A stretch of 64,000 nucleotides of DNA, from NCBI GenBank assembly GCA_036245315.1, contig BTIF01000001.1, positions 20,788-84,787 of the forward strand, in the 5' to 3' direction. Under the pieces are notes generated by a model. It had not been told where the DNA came from. It ran no database searches and saw nothing but the letters and a program-made list of their open reading frames with translations. A program made the translations under genes and the position numbers. Numbering within the stretch: position 1 is the stretch's first letter; each line of letters begins with the position of its first letter. Origin of the DNA: Endomicrobiia bacterium. GTDB taxonomy: Bacteria > Elusimicrobiota > Endomicrobiia > Endomicrobiales > Endomicrobiaceae. Of the stretch, positions 43,090 to 54,004 are shown piece after piece.

Positions 43090-44607
43090 TTAATACAAAG
43101 ATGCTTTCCACTCCTTTATTTCTTTTTCAAGTTCCCCTTTTAAATTATTGTCTATTTCTGTCCCTGCAGAAAGTTTTTTAACAGTTTCAGGATAAGTCTT
43201 TTTAATAAACTTTATCATTTGTTGTTCTAAAGAGGTAAGTTTATCAACGTCGATATCATCGAATAGACCAGATGTCACGGAGAAAATTGATAGTATTTCT
43301 GAAAGTTCATCGTAAGGCTTATATTGTGGTTGCTTTAAAATTTCGTTAATCTTTTTGCCTCTCTCAAGTCTTTTCAGTGTTTCTTCATCTAAATCATTTC
43401 CGAACTGTGTAAAAGCTTGTAACTCTCTAAACTGTGAAAGTTCTAGTCTTAAAGGCCCTGACAATTGTTTCATTGATTTGGTCTGAGCTGCTCCTCCTAC
43501 GCGTGAAACAGAGAGTCCAACATTAATTGCTGGGCGGATTCCTGAATTAAATAAATCAGATTCTAGATATATTTGTCCATCAGTAATTGAAATAACATTT
43601 GTAGGAATGTATGCAGATAAATCATTACCTTGGGTTTCAATAATAGGTAATGCTGTTAGAGTTCCTCCTCCTTTTTCATCTGACATTCTAGCAGCTCTTT
43701 CTAAAAGTCTTGAATGTAAGTAAAAAATATCACCCGGATATGCCTCACGCCCAGCAGGCCTCTTGATTGAAAGAGAAATCTGCCTATATGCCCACGCATG
43801 TTTTGTCAAGTCATCATAAACAACCAGAACATCTGCACCTTTATCCATAAAATATTCGCCTATTGTACAAGCAGCAAGAGGGGCAATGTATTGCATTGAA
43901 ACTGGATCTGATGCTGTAGCTGCAACTATAACAGTGTAGTTCATCGCATCTTCATCCTCTAGTTTTGCTGTAATTGACGCTAAATTAGATTTTTTTTGTC
44001 CAATAGAACAATATATACATACTACTCTTTTTAAGTTTATATCAAGTTTTTTCTGATTTATTATAGTATCTACTGCTACTGCTGTTTTACCTGTACCTCT
44101 ATCTCCGATTATAAGTTCTCTTTGACCTCTTCCTATTGGGATCATTGCATCAATAGCTTTTATACCGGTCTTTAAAGGTCTGTCTACTGAACTTCTGTGA
44201 ATAATGCCTGGAGCTATTTTTTCTACAGGGTAATAAAAGATACTTTCGTGCTTTAGTTCCTTACCATCTATAGGTTGTGCCAAAGCATTTACAACTCTTC
44301 CTATTATTTTGTCAGAAATAGCAATATTTAAAATTTTTCCTGTAAATTTTACTTTCATTCCGCACACAATATGACCTGAGTTTTTTAGTAAAACTATTGA
44401 AACATAATCTTCGTCAATATTTAGAATAAAGCCTAGAGATCCATCTTCAAACTCTATTTCTTCATAATACCCAGCGTTAGAAAGACCTGAAGCTTTTACT
44501 ATTTCATCCTCAACACTTTCAACAACTCCAAAATTTATGAACTCAGGACTTACCTGCACAGAATATAATTCTTTTTCAATTTTTTGTATTATTTCCTCTG
44601 GTTTCAT
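43090..44607 (-). CDS. atpA: ATP synthase F1 alpha
   Basis: PIGRGQRELIIGDRGTGKT, GREAYPGDIFYLHSRLLERA, PTNVISITDGQ. Confidence 0.97.
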   Translation of the reverse strand: MKPEEIIQKIEKELYSVQVSPEFINFGVVESVEDEIVKASGLSNAGYYEEIEFEDGSLGFILNIDEDYVSIVLLKNSGHIVCGMKVKFTGKILNIAISDKIIGRVVNALAQPIDGKELKHESIFYYPVEKIAPGIIHRSSVDRPLKTGIKAIDAMIPIGRGQRELIIGDRGTGKTAVAVDTIINQKKLDINLKRVVCIYCSIGQKKSNLASITAKLEDEDAMNYTVIVAATASDPVSMQYIAPLAACTIGEYFMDKGADVLVVYDDLTKHAWAYRQISLSIKRPAGREAYPGDIFYLHSRLLERAARMSDEKGGGTLTALPIIETQGNDLSAYIPTNVISITDGQIYLESDLFNSGIRPAINVGLSVSRVGGAAQTKSMKQLSGPLRLELSQFRELQAFTQFGNDLDEETLKRLERGKKINEILKQPQYKPYDELSEILSIFSVTSGLFDDIDVDKLTSLEQQMIKFIKKTYPETVKKLSAGTEIDNNLKGELEKEIKEWKASLY

Positions 44608-44960
44608 AGATTCTCTTTTATATCCTTTAAGATTCTTTCTATTACTCCTGAAATACTGTAATCCAGTATAAAATCATCATACTCAAAACGTACACCACCT
44701 ACTATATTATCATCATCTTGTTTAAATAAAATTTTTTTGTTAGGAAACATCATATTGATTTTCTCTTTATTTATACCACTTAATTTTCCAGAAAAAATCA
44801 CTGTAACATTATTGCATTTAATTCCTTTTAATAATAAATTTGAAAATAATTTAAGCTCTTGTCTTGAAAGATTGGAAAAAATCCAGTCTAAATATTTTGG
44901 AGAAAGATGGTCATATTTTACGACAGAATCCGCAAGTTCTTTAATTCTTAATCTTTTCAT
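44604..44960 (-). CDS. atpH: ATP synthase F1 delta, short form
   Basis: Between atpF and atpA; C-terminal D.NIVGGVR...D..LDYS motif; 118 aa. Confidence 0.8.
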   Translation of the reverse strand: MKRLRIKELADSVVKYDHLSPKYLDWIFSNLSRQELKLFSNLLLKGIKCNNVTVIFSGKLSGINKEKINMMFPNKKILFKQDDDNIVGGVRFEYDDFILDYSISGVIERILKDIKENL

Positions 44961-45450
44961 CTATTCTTTCCAAAACTCGAGATATAAGTTTTTGTTTTTC
45001 ATCCTCACTAAATAAATCTGATAATACTCTTAATATAATTTTTCTAGAAACATCAATGGACATTTTTTCTATTTGGTTATTCATGATTTTAAACTCTGTT
45101 GCAGCTCTTTGTTTAGCATCGTCTAAAATTTGTTCTGAATGGCGCTTTGCTTCCATAATTGTTTTTTCCTTTGCTTCTACAATTGAAATTTTTGCAGATT
45201 CTATTAATATATCAGCATTGTTTTTAGCTTCAGAGAGCAACTTTTTCCTCTCTTCCTTTGCATTTTCTAAAATAATTTTTGTATTATTACTCTCTAGTAG
45301 AGATTGTTTTATTTTATATTTTCTTTCATCAAGTATTTTCTTTAGTGGTATATATAAAAACTTTTTAAGAATAAAAGCTATTATTAAGAAATTTACAATC
45401 TGAAATAAAAGTAATTTTATTTCTAAGCCAAATTTCTGTATTATTTCCAT
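44941..45450 (-). CDS. atpF: ATP synthase F0 b
   Basis: QIVNFLI..ILKKFLY.P..KILDER followed by coiled coil. Confidence 0.92.
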   Translation of the reverse strand: MEIIQKFGLEIKLLLFQIVNFLIIAFILKKFLYIPLKKILDERKYKIKQSLLESNNTKIILENAKEERKKLLSEAKNNADILIESAKISIVEAKEKTIMEAKRHSEQILDDAKQRAATEFKIMNNQIEKMSIDVSRKIILRVLSDLFSEDEKQKLISRVLERIDEKIKN

Positions 45451-45461
45451 TTTTCTATTTT

Positions 45462-45671
<210 letters not shown>

Positions 45672-45684
45672 TTATTAATACTTT

Positions 45685-46413
45685 TTAATGTGGTTTATCC
45701 GTCATTATATGCATGAACACCATTGTTAACATTGCGAAAATTATTGCTTGAATAATAGCAACTAAAAATTCAAGTAACATGAAAGGTAATGGTAATCCAA
45801 ATGAGAATATATTATACATAGTTGTCATAATTTTTTCTCCTGATAAAATGTTGCCGAATAAACGAAATGAAAATGAAATAATTTTTGTTATTTCATTTGA
45901 GAATTCTAAAATGCCAACAAATAAGAATATAGGGAATACTTTAAAAGTGATAAATCTCTTAAAATAAACTTTAATTCCAGTATATTTTATACTAAGACAA
46001 TGTGTTAGAACTATGGAAACAACTGCCAATGCAAGAGTGAGATTCAAATCACTACTAGCAGATTTTAAGAGTGGAACTTTCGTATGATTATTTGACATTG
46101 ATGTTTTAAATGTTATTGCTTCAAATCCAGGGAATTGTGCGATTAAATTTGAGATTAATATGAATATGAAAAATGATAAAACCCATGGGTATATGAAAGA
46201 AGCTCTTTCACCAGCAACTTCTTTAGTTGTTTCTATGAAATAATCAATAATTATTTCAGTTGCATTTTGTATTGAATTTGGTTTTAACGAAATTACTTTA
46301 TTTATTATTAAAATAAATAAAATGATAACGATATCAGAAACAATTGTTGCAATAATAGTATTTGTTACAGGAAAATTTGCTATTGAGAATAGTATATCTG
46401 GCTTTATTTGCAT
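45685..46413 (-). CDS. atpB: ATP synthase F0 a
   Basis: SDLNLTLALA, ISFSFRLFGN (essential Arg), LEFLVAIIQAIIFAMLT. Confidence 0.93.
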   Translation of the reverse strand: MQIKPDILFSIANFPVTNTIIATIVSDIVIILFILIINKVISLKPNSIQNATEIIIDYFIETTKEVAGERASFIYPWVLSFFIFILISNLIAQFPGFEAITFKTSMSNNHTKVPLLKSASSDLNLTLALAVVSIVLTHCLSIKYTGIKVYFKRFITFKVFPIFLFVGILEFSNEITKIISFSFRLFGNILSGEKIMTTMYNIFSFGLPLPFMLLEFLVAIIQAIIFAMLTMVFMHIMTDKPH

Positions 46414-46619
46414 TAAAATTCACCTAATAACCAATAATATAAGCAAATATACATTATTAAATTGTAAATATAAAATATACTTTTAGTTTAAATGTATTAC
46501 TCTATTTCTGATTTCTAACAAGAAAGGCGTGTTATAAAATATTCACAATTACCTATAGCACCTTAAATCAATTACCAACTCTGATTGTACTTGTTAAAAA
46601 ACATTTAGTCAATATTGTA

Positions 46620-46692
46620 AGCCGATGAGAGGACTTGAACCTCCGCCCCACTGCTTACGAAGCAATTGCTCTACCAACTGAGCTACATCGGC
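46620..46692 (-). tRNA. tRNA-Thr(CGT)
   Basis: GCCGATGTAGCTCAGTTGGTAGAGCA-ATTGC-TTCGTAA-GCAGT...GGTTCAAGTCC..CATCGGC; CCA not encoded. Confidence 0.93.
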
Positions 46693-46739
46693 ATCCTTAA
46701 AAATTAGTAAAATTAACTTTTATAAACTGCATAAAAATA

Positions 46740-46812
46740 TGCTGAGGGACAGAATCGAACTGTCGACACCAGGTTTTTCAGACCTGTGCTCTACCAACTG
46801 AGCTACCTCAGC
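46740..46812 (-). tRNA. tRNA-Phe(GAA)
   Basis: GCTGAGGTAGCTCAGTTGGTAGAGCA-CAGGT-CTGAAAA-ACCTG...GTTCGATTC..CCTCAGC. Confidence 0.95.
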
Positions 46813-46862
46813 ATATTCTAAAGACACTGGTTATTTTACAGAATTCCTAAATGGATTTTAAA

Positions 46863-47150
46863 TTAATCTTTTTTGCTAAGTTCTTCAAAAACCTTTTTCC
46901 CAGCTTTAAAAGCTTCATTTATTTTGTCTTTTCCAGAATATATTTTATTACGACTTTCTTCATAAAGTTTGCGACTAGTCTCTTTAAAGTCACTGTTTAA
47001 ATCGTTAACTTTATCTGATATTTTTTCGCCTAACTTTTTAATGTTATTTCTGGTTTCTTTTCCAGATCTCGGAGCATATAATACCCCTAGAACAGTTCCT
47101 AATAGACCGCCTAAAATAAAAGCTAAAAGAGTATCCTTATTATCACTCAT
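46863..47150 (-). CDS. YtxH domain protein
   Basis: AFILGGLLG..LGVLYAPRSGKETR. Confidence 0.85.
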   Translation of the reverse strand: MSDNKDTLLAFILGGLLGTVLGVLYAPRSGKETRNNIKKLGEKISDKVNDLNSDFKETSRKLYEESRNKIYSGKDKINEAFKAGKKVFEELSKKD

Positions 47151-47434
47151 TCCTTCCCCCTTCTATTTTTGATAATTTTAGAAAGAGCGTAAAATAAAAC
47201 TGATGAAGCCGATGTAGTTAGAGATGAGAATTTCCTGCATATTGACGTAAATTTATTTGAAGTTTTATTTATAAAATCTAATTCAATATTAATTTTTCTT
47301 ACTGTATTTTCAATTTCTCTAGCAGTTCTTCTTATTTGGACTAAGCTAATAATCAGGTAAATTGTTCTTATAAGTGTGGATATTCCTATCAAAATGGCTA
47401 CTATAATAATGATTAACGATTCTACTGGCTTCAT
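47147..47434 (-). CDS. Small membrane protein (DUF948/YoxC-like) coupled to the YtxH gene
   Basis: N-terminal TM helix plus coiled coil (LVQIRRTAREIE); 4-bp overlap with ytxH-like gene. Confidence 0.6.
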   Translation of the reverse strand: MKPVESLIIIIVAILIGISTLIRTIYLIISLVQIRRTAREIENTVRKINIELDFINKTSNKFTSICRKFSSLTTSASSVLFYALSKIIKNRRGKE

Positions 47435-47499
47435 GTGATTAGTTATTTTAATAAAAACTTATATTTATGTCAAAACATTTGTCAAAACATTCTTTATAA

Positions 47500-49524
47500 C
47501 TATTTTTTATACTTAAAAAGTTTGCTAGACTTCATACTTTTTAATTCAAACATCTTGTTTCTAAGGACAGATGCAGATTCAAAATCAAGATTATCAGCAG
47601 ATTTTTTCATCTGTAACTCTATATCTTTTATTATTTTATCAATATTTTTTGGAGTGACTGTGTACTCGTATTGTTCTTCTGGAATAATATGATTTATTGA
47701 TTTATCCCTCGATAAATTTTTAAACTCATCAAGTTCTCTGACAGCTTTAATTATTGATTTAGGTTTGATATTATTTTTTTTATTATATTCAAGTTGTTTC
47801 TTGCGTCTTCTATTCATTTCTTCTAAAGCTTTTTGCATTGAATCTGTTATGGTATCTGCATAAAAGATAACTCGTCCTTCAATATTTCTTGCTGCTCGTC
47901 CGCAAATCTGGATGAGTGTAGACTTCGAGCGTAAAAAACCCTCTTTATCAGCATCTAAGACAACTACTAATGACACTTCTGGTAAATCCAACCCTTCCCT
48001 CAAAAGATTTATTCCTACTAAAATATCGAAATGCCCAAGACGTAAATCTTTAAGTATTTCTATTCTTTTTAAAGTGTCTATTTCTGAATGAAGATATTTA
48101 ACCTTAAAGTCTTTTTCCTTTAGATAGGTTGCTAAATCTTCAGACATATTTTTTGTAAGTGTTGTAACTAAAGTTCTATGTTTTTTCTTAACATTTTTTT
48201 GTAGTTCCTGCATTAAATCTTGTATTTGTCCGTTTATAGGACGTATAATGACCTCTGGATCTACTAGACCAGTCGGTCTTATAACTAAATCCACCACCTG
48301 TTTTTTACTTCTTTTAAGTTCGTAAACACCTGGAGTTGCCGAGACCATCATAAATCTTTTTATGAGTTTTTCAAATTCTTGAAATTTTAACGGTCTGTTA
48401 TCTAAGGCAGATGGCAATCTAAAACCAAAATCTACTAGTGTCTGTTTTCTACTTTTGTCACCCTCATACATTCCTCTTATTTGTGGAAGTGAAATATGTG
48501 ATTCGTCGGCTATTATTAAAAAGTCATCATTTTCCTGTAAGAAGTAATCTATGAGAGTTGTTGGTCTTGTTCCAGGAGGATTTCCTGATAAATGTCTTGA
48601 ATAATTTTCGATTCCACTGCATAAACCAGTTTCTTTTAATATTTCCATATCATATTTTGTTCTTTGTTCAAGACGTTGTGCTTCAATAAGTTTGTTTTGT
48701 GACTTTAATAATTTGAGTTGTTTATTTAATTCTTCTTGTATGTTTTTTAAAGCTTTACTAATTTTGTATTCATCAGTGACAAAAAGTTTTGCAGGATAAA
48801 TATATATTTTATTTTTTTTGTAAAGTGTCTGACATGTTATCGGATTAAACTCTTTAATACTTTCAACCATATTGCCATAAAATTCTACTTTTATAGCAGT
48901 TTCAAGATAGGCTGGGAAAATTTCCAAGGTATCACCTTTAACTCTAAAAGTTCCCCTTTTAAATTCGAGTTCGTTTCTTTTGTAGTGACTTGTAATTAAT
49001 TCAGATAAGAGTTGATTTATAGATTTTTCTTTTCCAACGATTATTTCGATACACATGTTTTGGTAATCTTTTGGAGTACCCAAATTGTATATACATGAAA
49101 CAGAAGCAACTACAATAACGTCTTTTCTTTCAAGAAGAGAAGTGGTTGCTTTTAAACGTAATCTATCTATATGGTCATTTATTGAGGCATCTTTCTCTAT
49201 ATATGTATCACTTGAAGGGACATAAGCTTCTGGCTGATAGTAGTCGTAATAAGATATAAAGTATTCTACGGCATTGTTTGGAAAGAAAGCTTTAAATTCA
49301 GAATAAGTTTGTGCTGCTAGAATTTTATTTGGTGATATTATAAGCGTAGGTTTTTGAAGTTTTTCGATGACATTTGCCATGACAAATGTTTTCCCAGAAC
49401 CTGTAACACCAAGTAAAACTTGTGAGTTTTTACCATTTAAATAATTATAGTATAGTGAATCTATGGCTTGTGGTTGATCACCAGAAGGCTTAAATTTTGA
49501 AATTAACTTAAATTTATTTTCCAT
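47500..49524 (-). CDS. uvrB: Excinuclease ABC subunit B
   Basis: PSGDQPQAI, GVTGSGKT, YYDYYQPEAY, DESH, GFRLPSALDNRPL, GRAARN, UVR domain. Confidence 0.97.
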   Translation of the reverse strand: MENKFKLISKFKPSGDQPQAIDSLYYNYLNGKNSQVLLGVTGSGKTFVMANVIEKLQKPTLIISPNKILAAQTYSEFKAFFPNNAVEYFISYYDYYQPEAYVPSSDTYIEKDASINDHIDRLRLKATTSLLERKDVIVVASVSCIYNLGTPKDYQNMCIEIIVGKEKSINQLLSELITSHYKRNELEFKRGTFRVKGDTLEIFPAYLETAIKVEFYGNMVESIKEFNPITCQTLYKKNKIYIYPAKLFVTDEYKISKALKNIQEELNKQLKLLKSQNKLIEAQRLEQRTKYDMEILKETGLCSGIENYSRHLSGNPPGTRPTTLIDYFLQENDDFLIIADESHISLPQIRGMYEGDKSRKQTLVDFGFRLPSALDNRPLKFQEFEKLIKRFMMVSATPGVYELKRSKKQVVDLVIRPTGLVDPEVIIRPINGQIQDLMQELQKNVKKKHRTLVTTLTKNMSEDLATYLKEKDFKVKYLHSEIDTLKRIEILKDLRLGHFDILVGINLLREGLDLPEVSLVVVLDADKEGFLRSKSTLIQICGRAARNIEGRVIFYADTITDSMQKALEEMNRRRKKQLEYNKKNNIKPKSIIKAVRELDEFKNLSRDKSINHIIPEEQYEYTVTPKNIDKIIKDIELQMKKSADNLDFESASVLRNKMFELKSMKSSKLFKYKK

Positions 49525-50274
49525 AATATTAACTCAATTGTTTATAATTATGTCTGCGACTGAAAAAATTATTAATTATAGATATAAGTGATGTTTTATT
49601 ATAATTTTTTTATTAGCTCATAATCTGTCTGACTTATTTAAAGTGGAGTAATTGAAATATATTCTCTACTTAACGCATGTACATCTGTTTTTCTATATAC
49701 ATTAAAAGGAATCTCATCTTTTATAAACAATAGTTTCAACTTTTTTAACTTAATCTTTTAATCCTATAATCCTAAAAAATGAACTTACTTTTGATACTTT
49801 TATAATTTACTGGAAGGTTTATATTCAAACATATGTTTTTAAAAGATTTTTTCTTTTCAATATTAGCTTAGCAATCCCTCTTATTGCAATTACTGAACGA
49901 GTATACTCTATTACGTCTACTTCTGCTAATAAAACTGTAGGTGAGAGTTGTCCAAACTATTTCTGAGTAAATTTTACATCCTGACAGAGATTAGGACATC
50001 TATTTATTTCTTCCCGACACTACCAAATCTATTTTGTTTTTTAAAATTTAACCCATATTTTACACAATCAGCTGGTATAACATTTTCTATTACATAGAAG
50101 TTTCTCCTGATTTTATCAGTTTTTTGCACTTTTTTGGTGTTATTATTCTATCTTCTGTACCTGAGACATTTGATTATTTGGGATTTGGGATAATGATATG
50201 TATTTTCCAAATTTTAGAAAGTTCTTTGATTAAAGGGTTAAGTCCTAGGCTTTTTATGTCCTTGTCATTTGAAA
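49525..50274 (-). pseudogene. Eroded DNA at the expected murC-murB-ftsQ position
   Basis: About 750 bp with no long minus-strand ORF directly after murG; a short ORF (MHKILIS...) starts overlapping the murG end; identity inferred from synteny only. Confidence 0.4.
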
Positions 50275-51342
50275 TTAAGATTTTATGCATTTTATTATTT
50301 CATTAACTATTAACTCTTGCGGAAATTTAATAATATCTTTAACCGCATTATTTCTTGTGTTTTTTTTTATTGTATATATGGCTTTGCTTAGATTTTCTTC
50401 TGTGAGATTCTTTTCCTCAATTATTATGACTTTACCATTTTTTTCTATTTCTTTTGCGTTCCAATATTGATGATTATTAGTAGCATAAGGATAAGGAACT
50501 AAAATTGCTGATTTGTCTAAAGCTTCGAGCTCAAGTATGGTACTCGCACCAGAACGACATATAACAATATTACTTGTAGCATAAGCGTTGGCTATGTTAT
50601 GCATATAATCAAAAACTCTATAATCCGGGTTGCTTTTGACTTTTTCTTGGATTTTAATGTAGCTTTCGGATCCAACTATGTGTAAAACTTGGAATTTGTC
50701 TTCGATGTATAAATCTAACAAGATTTTGCATATAATCTCATTGAATCTAGTTGCACCAAGACTTCCAGCAAAAACTAAAATTGTGAATATTCCATCTTTT
50801 AATTTGAGTTCTAGTAATGCTTTTTTTTTTGACACTAATAATAGATCTTTTCTGATAGGGCAACCTGAAACGATAGTGTTTTTGAGATTTTTTTTAGAAC
50901 TTGGAAGACTTACAAATGTTTTATCTACTATTTTATTTAAGAGTATGTTTGCTTTACCTGGAATGGCATTTTGCTCGTGTATGAATTTTTTTTTACTTAA
51001 TATTTTTGCTGCAATAAGTACTGGGATTGCCATGTACCCACCCGTACCGATTACAGCTAAGGGATTCAATTTTATAATTTGTTTTAATGCTTTAAAAAAT
51101 GAAAACTTTGTTTTGATTAAAAATATTAAAAAATTGAACGAAATTTTTCTTGGCATTCCTGATATATTAAATTTAATGTATTTGAATTGACTATTTTTTA
51201 ATATTTCTGATGATATTGGATTGTTACTTATAAAAAAAATAGGATCATAGCCTTTATTTTTAAATTCTTCTGCTAATGCTATACCTGGGTAAATATGTCC
51301 TCCTGTCCCACTTGAAGCAATAATTATATTTTTATTTTTCAT
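50275..51342 (-). CDS. murG: Lipid II GlcNAc transferase MurG
   Basis: SGTGGHIYPG, GTGGY, HEQNAIPGKAN, GSLGA, CRSGAST, HQYWNA. Confidence 0.95.
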   Translation of the reverse strand: MKNKNIIIASSGTGGHIYPGIALAEEFKNKGYDPIFFISNNPISSEILKNSQFKYIKFNISGMPRKISFNFLIFLIKTKFSFFKALKQIIKLNPLAVIGTGGYMAIPVLIAAKILSKKKFIHEQNAIPGKANILLNKIVDKTFVSLPSSKKNLKNTIVSGCPIRKDLLLVSKKKALLELKLKDGIFTILVFAGSLGATRFNEIICKILLDLYIEDKFQVLHIVGSESYIKIQEKVKSNPDYRVFDYMHNIANAYATSNIVICRSGASTILELEALDKSAILVPYPYATNNHQYWNAKEIEKNGKVIIIEEKNLTEENLSKAIYTIKKNTRNNAVKDIIKFPQELIVNEIIKCIKS

Positions 51343-51412
51343 TAACTATTCCTTTATTTAATATAATTGGCAAATGCGTAGATGTTAAAAATATTATAGT
51401 TTTAACATATTA

Positions 51413-52558
51413 TCAAAGAGATGTAATATAATTAATCATTCTATATTTTTTTGTTTTTCTTTCATATTGTGATAGATTTATTAATATTCCTGCAGCTACC
51501 ATAGTTATAATGAGTGAAGTCCCACCGAAAGATATAAATGGAAGTGGTAATCCTTTTGCTGGGAATACTCCAGTGGCAACAGAAATATTTATAATAGCTT
51601 GAAAAACAATCAAAAAAGTTATTCCTAAACATAAATACTGTGAAAAAATATCAGGCATATATTTGCTCATTTTTATACCTCTAAGAAATAAGTACATAAA
51701 AAATGCAAGAACTATACTAGTACCAATAAAACCAAGTTCTTCTCCAATTATTGGAAAAATAAAATCAGTATGTGCTTCTGGAAGATACATAAGTTTCATT
51801 TCACTTTTACCTAATCCTTTACCAAAGAAACCTCCAGAGCCTAATGCATTTAGTGATTGTCTTACTTGATAGGAAGACATATCGATGTTTATGAAAGAAG
51901 CAATATAATCCTTGAATCTTATGAGCCTATATGGCTTTCTTATAATTTCTTCAGTTATAAAGATAAGTGTTGTTATACATCCAATAAATACGACTTTTAT
52001 TTTTATTCCTGCACAGAATAGCATCGCAAAGCAAACACTTCCTATTAGAATAGGTGTTCCTAAATCAGGCTCCAGAGCGATTGGAAAAACTATAAGTAAA
52101 ATAGTAGATAAAAATACTATTAGAGCTTTAGATTCTTTGATTAAATTTTTTTTTCTAGATATGAAGTTAGCTGTAGTTACTATCGTAGCAATTTTAGCTA
52201 GTTCTGAAGGTTGTACGCTAAAACAACCTATTCCTAGCCATCTTTTTGCACCTGATCGCGAAATACCTATAAATAAGACTGCAATGACTGAAATCAATGA
52301 AAACAAGTAAATCCATTTTGCATATTTTTTATAAAAATTATGATTAATCAAAAAACTTGTTATGAACATTAGTATGAATCCAACAGTAATCCAAAGCATT
52401 TGTTTTAAAAAAAGTTTATATGGACTCGCCCATCTTAATTCTGCCATAATATTGCTTGATGAAAATACCATAAATGAGCCAAAGATAATACATATGCATA
52501 TCAAAATTATAAGATTGAAGTCATATTTATTTAAGTCAAAGTTAATTTTAAACATCAT
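51413..52558 (-). CDS. ftsW: SEDS peptidoglycan polymerase FtsW
   Basis: GAKRW, QPSELAK, EPDLGT, LPEAHTDFIF, GLPLPFISFGGTS; in dcw cluster. Confidence 0.93.
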   Translation of the reverse strand: MMFKINFDLNKYDFNLIILICICIIFGSFMVFSSSNIMAELRWASPYKLFLKQMLWITVGFILMFITSFLINHNFYKKYAKWIYLFSLISVIAVLFIGISRSGAKRWLGIGCFSVQPSELAKIATIVTTANFISRKKNLIKESKALIVFLSTILLIVFPIALEPDLGTPILIGSVCFAMLFCAGIKIKVVFIGCITTLIFITEEIIRKPYRLIRFKDYIASFINIDMSSYQVRQSLNALGSGGFFGKGLGKSEMKLMYLPEAHTDFIFPIIGEELGFIGTSIVLAFFMYLFLRGIKMSKYMPDIFSQYLCLGITFLIVFQAIINISVATGVFPAKGLPLPFISFGGTSLIITMVAAGILINLSQYERKTKKYRMINYITSL

Positions 52559-52679
52559 TTTTTTATTGTAGCTTTAATGTTTTATAGATATATAGATATA
52601 ATTAAATAATTACTAACAAGTTTATTTTATATTCTATATAACTTGTTAATAAATAGCTATTATATATTCAAAAAGTAAT

Positions 52680-54002
52680 TTATGTATCTAAACTCCACAC
52701 AGCTTTTTTAAAAACCTCACCTCGTTCTTCAAAATTCTTAAACTGGTCAAAAGAAGCACATGCTGGAGAAAGTAGAACTGTGTCGCCTCCGACGGCAGTT
52801 TTAAATATTTGTTTTACGGCATTCTCTACATCGTTACAATATATAAATGCAGTATAATCATTTAAATCTTTTTTTATTTTGCTAGATGCTTCGCCGATAA
52901 GAAAAATTGATTTAACTCTTTGTTTTATAAGTTCTTTTATAGGAGTGTATGCATTTCCTTTGTCACGCCCCCCCATGATGAGTAAAATGTCTTTATTAAA
53001 AGATTCAAGTGCGACCCTAGTTGAATCAATATTTGTTGATTTTGAGTCATTATAGTAGTTTACTCCGTTTAAAGTTCTTACAAATTCTATTCTATGCTTT
53101 ACACCTTTATATTTTGAGATAACTTTCTCTACAATTAACGGATTTATCTCTAATGCATAAGATGCTGCTGTTGCAGCTAAAATGTTTTCTATATTATGCA
53201 TGCCAATAATATTAATTTTTGGCTTTATCACAATATTTTTATCTTTAATATTTATAATTATATTTCCATTATTGTAAAATACTCCATTTTTTATGTTACT
53301 CTTGCTAAAAAAAAATACTTTTGCCTTAGTCTTTTTGGATATTTTTCTACAAATTTTGTCATCATAATTTATTATTGCGAAATCCACAGATTTTTGGTTG
53401 ACTAGTATATTTTCTTTTGCTTTTATATATGCATTAATTGTTTTATGATGCTCAAGATGATCAGGGGATATGTTTAATAATATTGATATATCCGGCTTGA
53501 AATACGGAGTATCTTCGAGTTGGTAGCTTGAAAGCTCAATTGTAATAAAAGTATTTTTTGTAGTTTTTGAAGCTTTATCTGATAATGGGTAACCTATATT
53601 CCCAGTAACTATTGAGTCTTTATGTACTGATTTTACTATTTTTGAAACTAAGTCAGTTGTAGTAGTTTTTCCGTTGGTACCAGTAATGGCTATGATTTTT
53701 TTATATTTTGAATTTTTAAGAGAAAAAGCAAGTTCACTTATAATTTTTATGTTTTTTTTTCGAGCGTCTTTTAAAATAGGAATATTTAAATTAATTCCAG
53801 GACTTTTTATAATAACATCTGAACTTAAAATTTTGTCTGAATGACCTCCAAGTTCTTTTATTATTTTTTTGTTTAAATTTTTTGTTTTTATTTCTTTGCT
53901 ATCACTTGCAAAAACATTATATCCTAATTTTACTGCAAGATTTGCAGCTGCAATGCCACTTTTTCCCAAGCCCAAAATTCCTATGTTTTTTTCCATTTCC
54001 AT
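52680..54002 (-). CDS. murD: UDP-MurNAc-L-Ala:D-Glu ligase
   Basis: GLGKSG, KSPGI, ITGTNGKTTT, ELSSYQL, NDSKSTN, LSPACASFDQF. Confidence 0.96.
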   Translation of the reverse strand: MEMEKNIGILGLGKSGIAAANLAVKLGYNVFASDSKEIKTKNLNKKIIKELGGHSDKILSSDVIIKSPGINLNIPILKDARKKNIKIISELAFSLKNSKYKKIIAITGTNGKTTTTDLVSKIVKSVHKDSIVTGNIGYPLSDKASKTTKNTFITIELSSYQLEDTPYFKPDISILLNISPDHLEHHKTINAYIKAKENILVNQKSVDFAIINYDDKICRKISKKTKAKVFFFSKSNIKNGVFYNNGNIIINIKDKNIVIKPKINIIGMHNIENILAATAASYALEINPLIVEKVISKYKGVKHRIEFVRTLNGVNYYNDSKSTNIDSTRVALESFNKDILLIMGGRDKGNAYTPIKELIKQRVKSIFLIGEASSKIKKDLNDYTAFIYCNDVENAVKQIFKTAVGGDTVLLSPACASFDQFKNFEERGEVFKKAVWSLDT

Positions 54003-54004
54003 AT

